DNA of 39,562 bases, taken from the IMG/VR virus record IMGVR_UViG_3300020181_000006, positions 1-39,562 of that record. The stretch is one strand, 5' to 3'. Each line of letters starts with the position of its first letter. Position 1 is the stretch's first letter. The notes below the pieces were generated by a model that worked only from the letters and a program-made list of their open reading frames with translations, did no database searches and was not told where the DNA came from. Of this stretch, positions 1 through 7,775 are shown one piece after another. Origin of the DNA: a virus. Taxonomy: Duplodnaviria; Caudoviricetes. The translations under genes and the position numbers were made by a program.

Positions 1-127
1 CTTTTTAAGGACAGCTTCACGGTATTGTGGTTGCCCCATCAGCTTCTTAAACTTGTCCGATATCTGTCCGTATTTATTAAAAATGCCCCTAACGATATCA
101 TTAGGGGCATCCGTGCTCAGGGTGGGA
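1..127. repeat. Terminal direct repeat, copy 1 (assembly circularisation overlap)
   Basis: Identical to 39436-39562; 127 is a common assembler k-mer size. Confidence 0.95.
79..110 (-). terminator. Intrinsic terminator just 3' of the att core (would terminate the restored tRNA after integration)
   Basis: Perfect 10-bp stem ATGCCCCTAA (83-92) / TTAGGGGCAT (101-110) followed by a T run on the minus strand. Confidence 0.8.
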
Positions 128-129
128 TT
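113..129 (-). other. attP core: tRNA 3'-end fragment (probably tRNA-Leu)
   Basis: Minus strand reads AATCCCACCCTGAGCAC, matching the T-loop/T-stem 3' side, acceptor strand CCTGAGC and discriminator A; it lies just upstream of the integrase start. Confidence 0.75.
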
Positions 130-262
130 GGGAAGTTCGGTATGAATTTGCTTTTTCCGCATCTTTAATTGCTTTATTGTATTATTTTACGCGGTATTAA
201 AAGGGTAAATTTGTCCGGAATTTGTACAGTTTGTTTTCGGGGGCGTTCCTGAGCACACGTCA

Positions 263-643
263 TTACTTTTCCTTTCTTCTTTTTAAATCGCATTGGGCCT
301 CAAGCAATGAGATCTTATCCTCCAGCATAGCAATTATACGCTGCTGGTCCTTTATATGGGCCTTAAGCAATTCGTTCTGCTCTGCAATGAATTTAGCGTC
401 ATTGGCCGCTACGGGAGGCGCATCCTTGTCCAGGAACGCTTTCCCTCGTTGATTAAACCACCAATCCTGATTGAGGCTTGTGGCCTCTCCTATTTTCCTT
501 ATAATGTTATAGGTGGCATTCCTCTTTCCGGTTATGATGTCAGATATAAGGGATTGCGAAAGCTTCGCTTTTTCGGCGAGCTCCTTCTGCGTCATATTCA
601 GCGTCTTCATGATGAAGCGCATTTTTTCTGGATCGGTCATCAC
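263..643 (-). CDS. XRE-family HTH regulator with C-terminal coiled coil
   Basis: MTQKELAEKAKLSQSLISDIITGKR HTH; heptad-rich C-terminus; no S24 peptidase domain. Confidence 0.9.
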   Translation of the reverse strand: MMTDPEKMRFIMKTLNMTQKELAEKAKLSQSLISDIITGKRNATYNIIRKIGEATSLNQDWWFNQRGKAFLDKDAPPVAANDAKFIAEQNELLKAHIKDQQRIIAMLEDKISLLEAQCDLKRRKEK

Positions 644-1194
644 CAGTTGTCGTTGGATGGTTTAAGTGCGAAAGTATCATGGAAATGGACTGCCAACATT
701 TGCATAGTATTTCTTATGGGGTTCCTCATGAAGGATGGCGTTTTGCTTTCCTTTAGATACTTAAATGCACCCGTTTTGCTATTGTATGAATATTCCGTAA
801 AATAGTAAGTGAACTTCTCAACTTCATCATAAAAGTATATACCGCTTAAAACCACCCTATACTTTCCGCCTTTTATTTGAACTAAAAATCCATATGATAC
901 TGGGTCATCCATTAAGAGAGATAAATCCCCTCTTTTGAACCCGTGTGCCTTATAATTTACCTGGGCATTTTCAATCCTTCCTGAAATTTGTCCCTCACTC
1001 ACTAAAACATCCTTAACTCCTCTTATTAAAGGAATGAATGCCGATAATCGCCTTTGCAATTCCGTTGAATCTGTGTCAAGGTTGTAAACAAATTCATATT
1101 GAACCTCGTTGCCGGTGTATTTAAAATTATTTATAGACTGACCAAATATAGCAGAGGGAAGCAACGTAAAACCTATTAGTAATAGTATTCTCAT
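640..1194 (-). CDS. Secreted protein (DUF4468/TBP-like fold candidate), likely expressed in the lysogen
   Basis: N-terminal signal peptide MRILLLIGFTLLPSAIFGQ; VQIKGGKYRVVLSGI motif; C-terminal NDNW; lies in the immunity operon. Confidence 0.6.
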   Translation of the reverse strand: MRILLLIGFTLLPSAIFGQSINNFKYTGNEVQYEFVYNLDTDSTELQRRLSAFIPLIRGVKDVLVSEGQISGRIENAQVNYKAHGFKRGDLSLLMDDPVSYGFLVQIKGGKYRVVLSGIYFYDEVEKFTYYFTEYSYNSKTGAFKYLKESKTPSFMRNPIRNTMQMLAVHFHDTFALKPSNDNW

Positions 1195-1335
1195 ATTTTC
1201 ACATTTAAAGGTTGAAAATTGTGTAGTAATTTGCTATATTTGGGTTACCTATAACTAAACAAGCGGAGGAACCTATTTAAGACAGATACTGAACATTATC
1301 ATATTAGTCAGTTTTCATTTATACGATCATTATGA

Positions 1336-1839
1336 TCACTTCCCGGCCGGTATTTCGGATTTAGAGCGGGACGGGTTGCTATTTCCCAAATTTCGCTCAT
1401 AGGCCGAGATTTTTTTAGCATCTCGCTCTATACGCTCCTGAAGGCCCTTTATCTCGTTATCCTTTTCGATCAACTTTTCCTCCAATTTATTGTACTTTCC
1501 CAAAAGGTCGCTTATTTGACCTTCAAGGTGCGCAATGTACCTTTCTTGGACGCTTATCGTACGCTCCTTTTCGGCAGAAACCGCTATTCCGCTTTCATTT
1601 AAAATAGGATCTTCGACATTCTGGACTGTCATTTCTCCCTCTCCCTGTAGGAGCCAATTTCTACTCAGAGATGGAAATTTCCTTAGAATATTCTCCAATA
1701 ATATCCCTTTTATTTCGGTATTGCTCTTGAGCATTTTACCTAAGCGGCCGTTCCCCATCCCTAATTTTACCTCGGCCTGCCGCTTGGAATACCCTTGATT
1801 CTCAATGAATTGAATAAATCTTTGAATCGTAGAGCCCAT
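1336..1839 (-). CDS. CI-like repressor (HTH + coiled coil; likely start MGSTIQR)
   Basis: SKRQAEVKLGMGNG...FPSLSRNWLLQGEGEM is typical of Bacteroidota prophage repressors; divergent from the early operon. Confidence 0.85.
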   Translation of the reverse strand: MGSTIQRFIQFIENQGYSKRQAEVKLGMGNGRLGKMLKSNTEIKGILLENILRKFPSLSRNWLLQGEGEMTVQNVEDPILNESGIAVSAEKERTISVQERYIAHLEGQISDLLGKYNKLEEKLIEKDNEIKGLQERIERDAKKISAYERNLGNSNPSRSKSEIPAGK

Positions 1840-1853
1840 TAATTTTAAATTAA

Positions 1854-1908
1854 TTGAGAAAAATCTACACATAAAATTTGCTCGTGTAGATTTTTCTACA
1901 TATATTTG
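1854..1908 (+). promoter_or_regulatory. Immunity switch: early promoter with operator palindromes
   Basis: TTTG (1877-1880)-N20-TATATTTG (1901-1908) matches the Bacteroidota consensus; palindrome TGTAGA-TTTT-TCTACA (1885-1900) sits in the spacer; degenerate copy TTGAGA-AAAA-TCTACA at 1854-1869. Confidence 0.8.
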
Positions 1909-1936
1909 CTTACCAACAAACAAAGATAGATAAAAA

Positions 1937-2140
1937 ATGAGAATAACAATGCGAGCGGAATCTGAGGACCTGAAGGGCTCTATGAAAGAAATGGTTATTA
2001 ATGCCACACTAACCGCCCCATTAAAAAGGCGAAATAGTGCGGCCCGCTACGCATGGGAGTTGAAACTTATCTACGGTAAAGTCTACACTGTGAAGCTCAC
2101 AAATGATCGTTCAGAGGTAGAAATAACTCGTGTTGCATAA
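1937..2140 (+). CDS. Small basic protein in the Cro position
   Basis: First gene of the early operon; basic; ends EITRVA, like Bacteroidota prophage early proteins. Confidence 0.6.
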   Translation: MRITMRAESEDLKGSMKEMVINATLTAPLKRRNSAARYAWELKLIYGKVYTVKLTNDRSEVEITRVA

Positions 2141-2313
2141 TGCTGAGAGTAGAATACATAAAAGGACAGCCATCCAAACGAACCCGCAAAAGCGAAATAG
2201 ACCGCCTATCCCGGGAATACGCTAAGCGAGTGATAGAAAAGCGGCTACTCAGGCACCCGGAAGATATAAGGGACGAATTAAGAAAAGAAATCTATAAAGA
2301 ATACGGATTATGA
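2140..2313 (+). CDS. Hypothetical 57-aa basic protein (not in ORF track)
   Basis: MLRVEYIKGQ...KEYGL; TAATG coupling to the upstream gene. Confidence 0.6.
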   Translation: MLRVEYIKGQPSKRTRKSEIDRLSREYAKRVIEKRLLRHPEDIRDELRKEIYKEYGL

Positions 2314-2471
2314 TAATGTCAAACACTCCCAACGCCTCTCAAAAATGGGCATTGATTATAGGGGTTGCCTTAATCACCTTGATCGCATTCCCTTCCTGCG
2401 AAAAGGACGAACTCCCTGAACCGACAAAGCAAGAAAAACCCGAAACGAAATGCAGCTGCGGCGGCAAATAA
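2310..2471 (+). CDS. Small lipoprotein, 53 aa (not in ORF track)
   Basis: WALIIGVALITLIAFPS-C-EKDE: hydrophobic stretch, lipobox Cys and acidic tail; ATGA coupling. Confidence 0.7.
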   Translation: MIMSNTPNASQKWALIIGVALITLIAFPSCEKDELPEPTKQEKPETKCSCGGK

Positions 2472-2526
2472 TTAAAAACAAGAAAGCCCCGGCGGTAACC
2501 GAGGCAATCAATTAAATCTTACAACA

Positions 2527-2895
2527 ATGCAAACTTACGACTTATTCGAAACATTGGCAAATCACCTGCGACCGGCAGTAGAAACGATGATGGAACGCGC
2601 TCCCTCCTACTATGTTGACCATTCCAAAATAAATGGCGACTGCGTAGAGGTGGTGTATCAGGTAACCGGCGGCGATGTAGAGCAGTGGAACGAAGGCAGC
2701 ATTCCCCTGGAAAAGCTGAAAACCTACATCGAAAAAGAAGGCCTGAATGAGGTTGAAAACAACGGCGTAAACCATCACGGCGAACACGTGCAGGATATCT
2801 TCGATATGCCGGTGGATATCTTTTTGGAAGATTGGGAGAACCGTAATAATGCAGTAGCGGAATATCTGCGTGATGGAGGGGAGGTGATATTATGA
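2527..2895 (+). CDS. Acidic hypothetical protein
   Basis: ORF in the early operon, coupled to the next gene. Confidence 0.7.
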   Translation: MQTYDLFETLANHLRPAVETMMERAPSYYVDHSKINGDCVEVVYQVTGGDVEQWNEGSIPLEKLKTYIEKEGLNEVENNGVNHHGEHVQDIFDMPVDIFLEDWENRNNAVAEYLRDGGEVIL

Positions 2896-3341
2896 GCAAG
2901 CAATTCGAGAACACACCGGAAAATAAAGCCCGGTTCTTTGCTCTGTATTTTGGTCTGGAGGTATGCTACCGCAATAATGATCCATACAACCGAAAGGGGG
3001 ACGTTTGCGCCTACACGTTTTCCAGGGACAATAAAGTAAAGAAAGACGCTTATCTCGAACTGCGCCCCCTCTCCGACATTACGGATGAGGAAGCCACTAC
3101 ATTATTGTGCATGGTTCATCCTGATGCGATTTTTGAATCGGTTAGCGCAGATTGTCACGGGATGACAATTAACTACAGCGAGGGTATATTTCATTACTCC
3201 TTTGGGTTCCACATTAAAGGTGCTCCTGCCGATCGAGCCGACTACCTCCGCTCCCGCTCCTTCGCCCTTCCCTACATGGGCGTTTCCGTGGAAACCTTCG
3301 TAGAATGGGGATGGATTAAATTGAAAGGAGGTCAGCAATGA
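2892..3341 (+). CDS. Conserved phage hypothetical protein
   Basis: YLELRPLSDITDEE...DYLRSRSFALPY motif, recognised from Bacteroidota phages. Confidence 0.7.
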   Translation: MSKQFENTPENKARFFALYFGLEVCYRNNDPYNRKGDVCAYTFSRDNKVKKDAYLELRPLSDITDEEATTLLCMVHPDAIFESVSADCHGMTINYSEGIFHYSFGFHIKGAPADRADYLRSRSFALPYMGVSVETFVEWGWIKLKGGQQ

Positions 3342-3526
3342 AATCACTGCAAGACTTCGACGGCAATGAGGTTGCCTACCGCCAGTACCTCGAGAGCTAC
3401 TACGCCATTCAAATCTTCTGCAAGATCATGGATAGTCATGACAGGTGGCAGCATGACGGTCATACCCCTGAATCTGCTGCATCGATAGCAAAACAATACG
3501 CAAGGACTTTAATACAATCGCAATGA
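3338..3526 (+). CDS. Hypothetical protein
   Basis: ATGA-coupled on both sides. Confidence 0.65.
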   Translation: MKSLQDFDGNEVAYRQYLESYYAIQIFCKIMDSHDRWQHDGHTPESAASIAKQYARTLIQSQ

Positions 3527-3798
3527 AAGAACTCGATACCTCATACACCGGAGGCCGCGAAATGTCCACTACTGAATGGTTTGAGTTTACGGATATCGAC
3601 CGCGCTAAAATAAGGCACCAGGAATTACGGGAAGAAAAGTTCCTGCGGGATGCGGAAGCCTTCAACGACCATGCGAAGCAGACGCTTTATGAGATGCTTA
3701 AAGGCATTCTTATGCTGGCAGCTACCCTTCTATTCTGCCTTGCAGGGATCATCTGGAAAGATCAAATACTGGACTTCTTCCGCAATCTTTTAAACTGA
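3523..3798 (+). CDS. Hypothetical membrane protein
   Basis: C-terminal TM helix GILMLAATLLFCLAGIIW. Confidence 0.65.
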   Translation: MKELDTSYTGGREMSTTEWFEFTDIDRAKIRHQELREEKFLRDAEAFNDHAKQTLYEMLKGILMLAATLLFCLAGIIWKDQILDFFRNLLN

Positions 3799-3799
3799 A

Positions 3800-3919
3800 A
3801 TGACTTACGACCACATATCAGAGGAGGAGCCCCAAAACGATAATGCCATTATCTGGCTGATGGCGGGGGCTGCAGCGATCGGAATAATTGAGCAAATCAT
3901 CAAATACTATACAAAATGA
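3800..3919 (+). CDS. 39-aa membrane peptide (not in ORF track)
   Basis: MTYDHISEEEPQNDNAIIWLMAGAAAIGIIEQIIKYYTK; stop overlaps the next ATG. Confidence 0.5.
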   Translation: MTYDHISEEEPQNDNAIIWLMAGAAAIGIIEQIIKYYTK

Positions 3920-4515
3920 AAATCACCGACGAAATAAGACAAAGATTAAGAGAGCCACTGCCGAAAGAAGCAGTCAAGCCGCACCCTACCAAAAATTACC
4001 TTTCCACTATCAAGGCCATTTACGTGGTGGAGCGCCTAAACGATGTGTTCGGCGTAGGGATGTGGAAATTGACTTCGGAAGTTATCGACAATTCTACCAA
4101 GCATATTGTGGTGAAGTCGCACTTGGTTATCCCTGAATACGAAATAGAGCTGGAAAGCTATGGCGGCAACGATAATGCAGATCTGGGGGACGCTTACAAA
4201 GGGGCCACTACAGACGCCCTTACCAAAATGGCATCTATGCTGGAAATAGGAATTGACGTATTCAAGGGATACGGAAACAACCCACCTGTTAAAGAGCCTT
4301 CCACCGACGAAAAGGTAAATGGTATGCTCAAAAAGCAGCAGCAGGCAGGATACGACGAACTCGTTCCGTTTGACCTGAAAGGCAAAATAAAGGCCTGCGA
4401 AAGCAAAAAGGCTGTAGTAAAACTAACCCAGGATAACCCCTACTGGACAACCAGCGAAGAATTTCAATTCCTGTGCAAAGAACGGGTTACCGAACTGGAA
4501 GGAGTACCCGCATGA
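3916..4515 (+). CDS. Rad52/Rad22-like (Sak-type) single-strand annealing recombinase
   Basis: YVVERLNDVFG..W and DAYKGATTDALTK..S..IG..V motifs. Confidence 0.8.
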   Translation: MKITDEIRQRLREPLPKEAVKPHPTKNYLSTIKAIYVVERLNDVFGVGMWKLTSEVIDNSTKHIVVKSHLVIPEYEIELESYGGNDNADLGDAYKGATTDALTKMASMLEIGIDVFKGYGNNPPVKEPSTDEKVNGMLKKQQQAGYDELVPFDLKGKIKACESKKAVVKLTQDNPYWTTSEEFQFLCKERVTELEGVPA

Positions 4516-4988
4516 CACATGTTGCAACTATTCAAAAAGGCGAGTTTTCGGAACTGGATAAAAATGCAATCGAGGCCATAGCGTCTCACTACGAGGACGG
4601 AATTAATGAAGGTTTTATTGACCCCATAGAAGCCCTCATAATCGCCAAAAAAGGCCAGGAAATTTACAAGGCCGTTGAAAGGCGAGTTAGGCCCCTGGCT
4701 GAATCCGAAATCAGCATTCCCAAAGGCGATAAGATCACCAAATACTATGCTGAGGTTACCCAGGGAGAAACCGGCGTGAAGTACGACTACGCTTCCTGCG
4801 GGGATAAGCTTTGGGACAACCTTAACGCGCAACTTGAATCCATCTCCGCAGAAATAAAAGAACGTGAAAAGTTCCTGCAGGGAGTAAAGAAGGAGCAGGG
4901 ATGCTTTGACCCTGAAACAGGAGAAAGCTGGACCGTAAACCCTCCTGTTCGCACCGGGAAGATTGGGCTTAAAATCACCATAAAATAA
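4512..4988 (+). CDS. Conserved recombination-module protein
   Basis: Coupled to sak; GVKYDYASC...EIKEREKFL motif. Confidence 0.65.
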   Translation: MTHVATIQKGEFSELDKNAIEAIASHYEDGINEGFIDPIEALIIAKKGQEIYKAVERRVRPLAESEISIPKGDKITKYYAEVTQGETGVKYDYASCGDKLWDNLNAQLESISAEIKEREKFLQGVKKEQGCFDPETGESWTVNPPVRTGKIGLKITIK

Positions 4989-4990
4989 CG

Positions 4991-5422
4991 ATGCGCTACG
5001 AGTTCAACGGTGTAACGGAAAACGGAACCCTTCGCATAATAAACCGAAGGTTGTTCGACGAATGCATTCATTCATTCAATGGCAAGCCTGTTACCATTAC
5101 CCTTGAACGCAAGAAGAAAAAAAGAAGCAGCCCGCAGAACCGGTTTTTTCACGGCCCGGTGCTGGACATTCTCCAAGCGGGATTGATCGATGCGGGTTTC
5201 AACGAGGCCCGATCAAAGGATTGGGTAAAGGATCTGATAAAGTACAAGTTCCTGAAGTACGAAACCATCAGCGAACACGGAGAGCCAATAGAAGCCATTA
5301 AGCACACGTCGGAGCTTACAACATCTGAATTTATGGACTTCGTGGCAGATGTAACACAATGGGCAGCGGAATTTCTCGGTATAGAAATCCCCGACCCGGG
5401 ACAAGTAGAATTAACCTTTTAA
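4991..5422 (+). CDS. NinB/Orf-like recombination mediator
   Basis: KRSSPQNRFFH and TSELTTSEFMDF...GIEIPDP motifs. Confidence 0.7.
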   Translation: MRYEFNGVTENGTLRIINRRLFDECIHSFNGKPVTITLERKKKKRSSPQNRFFHGPVLDILQAGLIDAGFNEARSKDWVKDLIKYKFLKYETISEHGEPIEAIKHTSELTTSEFMDFVADVTQWAAEFLGIEIPDPGQVELTF

Positions 5423-5425
5423 AAT

Positions 5426-5698
5426 ATGAGCAATTACGAACAAAAGCCAGGAACAGGCGCAATCTTCAAGAATGACCATAAGAAGCAGGACAGCCACCCT
5501 GATTACCGGGGAAAAGGGAAAGACCTTCAAGGAAATGACATTGAGATATCTATGTGGGTTAAGAAATCGAAGGACGGGAAATCGTTTTTCAGCTTTCAGA
5601 TACAGGAGCCCTACGACAAAGGATCTATACCTAAGCAAGGGAATGGCCTGCCGAAGTCACAGGAATTTGAGAATAGGGACGATTCATTGCCCTTCTGA
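5426..5698 (+). CDS. Phage single-stranded DNA-binding protein (short OB type)
   Basis: GAIFKN..K...HPDYRG motif; acidic DDSLPF C-terminal tail. Confidence 0.8.
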   Translation: MSNYEQKPGTGAIFKNDHKKQDSHPDYRGKGKDLQGNDIEISMWVKKSKDGKSFFSFQIQEPYDKGSIPKQGNGLPKSQEFENRDDSLPF

Positions 5699-5710
5699 CA
5701 TTCCAAATAA

Positions 5711-5925
5711 GGGGCTATAGGGCTACTTGCATCGGTTAGGATTAGGGCTTATCGGTCTGCGTACCTCTGGCCGATAATGAGAGGTTGGGATTGCCAATGT
5801 TGCCGCTTGAAGGCTGCATCCCCAACAAGTACCGCAAAGTGCGATGATGCAAACAGTACGCCCCGCAGACAAACGATAAAACCCAACAAAGGCATGTTGG
5901 TTGACAGCCCGGAATAGACGGGCTT
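5711..5925 (+). ncRNA. Candidate structured RNA element
   Basis: About 240-nt gap in an otherwise tightly coupled operon, with several nested stems (see findings). Confidence 0.5.
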
Positions 5926-5942
5926 TATTAAAAACATTAATC

Positions 5943-6224
5943 ATGACCTGGTACAACACAACAGCAGAAGCTCCCAACCAATTGGACATCTTCCAGCAGC
6001 GGGCAGAAAAGCAGGAAGCAATAGTTCTGCAGCTATTTGAGGCACACAAGGAATTAAGCCCCTGGAAGGCATTCAAGCTCTGCAGGCAGTTAGGTCGAGA
6101 CTTCCCTATCACTTCGATAAGAAGGGCTATATCTGACCTTGAAAAACAAGGGAAGCTGGTTAAAACAAGTAAGCAGGTCAAGGGGCCTTATGGGGTTAAT
6201 GAATATTTGTGGAGGGCTGCATGA
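5943..6224 (+). CDS. Winged-helix DNA-binding protein
   Basis: PITSIRRAISDLEKQGKLVKT...G..G..W. Confidence 0.7.
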   Translation: MTWYNTTAEAPNQLDIFQQRAEKQEAIVLQLFEAHKELSPWKAFKLCRQLGRDFPITSIRRAISDLEKQGKLVKTSKQVKGPYGVNEYLWRAA

Positions 6225-7060
6225 AGGATTTGCGCATCATATCAGTATCAGGCGGGAAGGACAGCACAGCGCTTTACCTGTTGGCGCAGGAGTATTTCGG
6301 AAATAGCTTCCTTCCGATCTTCGCAGACACGGGGAATGAACATCCGGTTACGGTCAATTATGTGAAAAACCTTCATGTAATGACTGAAGGCCCGGAAGTG
6401 GTAATGGTTAAGGCTGATTTTACAAAACAGTTAGAAAAGAAAGGAATAATACCAACCGAAAATCCATTCGCTGATATGATGCTGTGGAAAGGCAGGGCTC
6501 CCAGCACAAAGGCTCAATTTTGCACCGAACATGTGAAGTTATGGCCGATCCGATTCTATCTTGAAAAACACTATCCACGAGATTGTTACAATTGGATCAT
6601 GTTTACTGGTATCCGTGCAGGAGAAAGCGAAAGGCGTTCCAAAATGCAACCTTTTAACTGGAACAGCTTCTTTAACTGTGAAAGCGTCCTGCCACTGTTA
6701 TACGAATCAAAAGAACAAATATTCTCATTAATGGCTCAAAAGGGCGTACCCCCTAACCCGTTATACGCCTTAGGGAATAATCGTGTTGGCTGCTACCCCT
6801 GTATCCATGCAAATAAAAATCAGTTACAGGTATTGCCTGAATGGGCGTGGGACAAAATAGAACATTGGGAAAATATGCTGGGCAGATCATGGTTTCCTTC
6901 CGGCATACTTCCCGGTAAACCAAAAGGATATATCCCTAAGATCAGCGAAGTAAAGGAGTGGTGTAAGACCTCCCGCGGAGGGAAGCAATACAATGCATTC
7001 AAACAGGACGCGCCGGATGATGCACCAAGCTGTATGACAGGATGGCTTCAATGCGAATAA
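6221..7060 (+). CDS. PAPS-reductase-family (PP-loop ATPase; CysH/DndC-like) protein
   Basis: SVSGGKDSTA PP-loop, FADTGNEH, FCT..VK, GIRAGES.RR, NPLY..G..RVGCYPC. Confidence 0.9.
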   Translation: MKDLRIISVSGGKDSTALYLLAQEYFGNSFLPIFADTGNEHPVTVNYVKNLHVMTEGPEVVMVKADFTKQLEKKGIIPTENPFADMMLWKGRAPSTKAQFCTEHVKLWPIRFYLEKHYPRDCYNWIMFTGIRAGESERRSKMQPFNWNSFFNCESVLPLLYESKEQIFSLMAQKGVPPNPLYALGNNRVGCYPCIHANKNQLQVLPEWAWDKIEHWENMLGRSWFPSGILPGKPKGYIPKISEVKEWCKTSRGGKQYNAFKQDAPDDAPSCMTGWLQCE

Positions 7061-7239
7061 ATAGAAAGGAGGGTTTACAACGGATCAACAGGACCGCCAG
7101 AGAGCTAATAGAGTTGATCGATAAAAAAGAAAAATACCTAACACTGACCGCCGATTTACGGCTACTTGTAGAGAAGAACGAGATTGAAATTTTTGAACTT
7201 ATGAAATACGGGGAAACATGTCAAAAAGTGAATTTTTAG
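7051..7239 (+). CDS. Hypothetical protein
   Basis: Short helical ORF overlapping both neighbours. Confidence 0.5.
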   Translation: MRINRKEGLQRINRTARELIELIDKKEKYLTLTADLRLLVEKNEIEIFELMKYGETCQKVNF

Positions 7240-7775
7240 AGAATACTCTAGAGGAGATAATTTTCAACAATCCGGATCGATTGCCGGAAGCAGGTCTACA
7301 TGCTCCTGGAAAACTATATAGGCAAGTTCATTTAGGATCGTACGGTATAGCCGATATTATAGCCATTGATATCTATCCAAGAGAAATATGTATATCCATT
7401 TTAGAATTAAAAAAAGGAAAAGTTGGTTTTAATGAATTAGCCCAAGCTTGCCGGTATAAAACATGTATCGATGAATACCTGTATAGCCTGGAAGTTCCCA
7501 GGAAGCTATTAATCCATGTTAACGCCATTGCAATAGGAAGTTCGATTGACGAGACTAGCGACTTTGTCTATCTGTATAACAAAATTGACGATTATATCAG
7601 CATCTATACTTACGAATACGGGTTTGACGGTCTGAAATTCAATTTAGTCGGAAAGAGGTGGCACAATACGGGTTTCCATCCAAAGTGCCTGCGGGAACTT
7701 CATTCAACTATAAAAGAAAAATTGCTGCAATCAATCAAGGAAAGCGTGTATTCAAAGGGGGTTGAAAATGTCTAA
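7218..7775 (+). CDS. PD-(D/E)XK nuclease-like protein (NucS C-terminal-like)
   Basis: E..LE; RQ..L..G.ADII; ILELKK; Q..RY motifs. Confidence 0.7.
   Translation: MSKSEFLENTLEEIIFNNPDRLPEAGLHAPGKLYRQVHLGSYGIADIIAIDIYPREICISILELKKGKVGFNELAQACRYKTCIDEYLYSLEVPRKLLIHVNAIAIGSSIDETSDFVYLYNKIDDYISIYTYEYGFDGLKFNLVGKRWHNTGFHPKCLRELHSTIKEKLLQSIKESVYSKGVENV

Larger units (their letters stand above)
54..229. promoter_or_regulatory. Putative integrase arm-type sites flanking the att core
   Basis: TGTCCG at 54-59, 65-70 and 212-217, with variant TGTACA at 223-228: two pairs at 11-bp spacing, one on each side of the core. Confidence 0.6.

Noticed and set aside
113-129. Full tRNA gene
   Set aside because: Only about 17 nt of the 3' end are present; the upstream sequence does not form a cloverleaf
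1840-2007. Long hydrophobic N-terminal extension of the repressor in the ORF track
   Set aside because: It overlaps the operators, promoter and divergent gene; the start at 1839 fits the family
5711-5720. GGGGCTATAG resembling a tRNA-Ala or tmRNA 5' end
   Set aside because: No D-arm, T-loop (TTCGA), CCA end or tag-peptide frame follows
5723-5937. Minus-strand ORFs across the structured gap
   Set aside because: Antisense to the early operon with no recognisable motifs; RNA structure explains the region better
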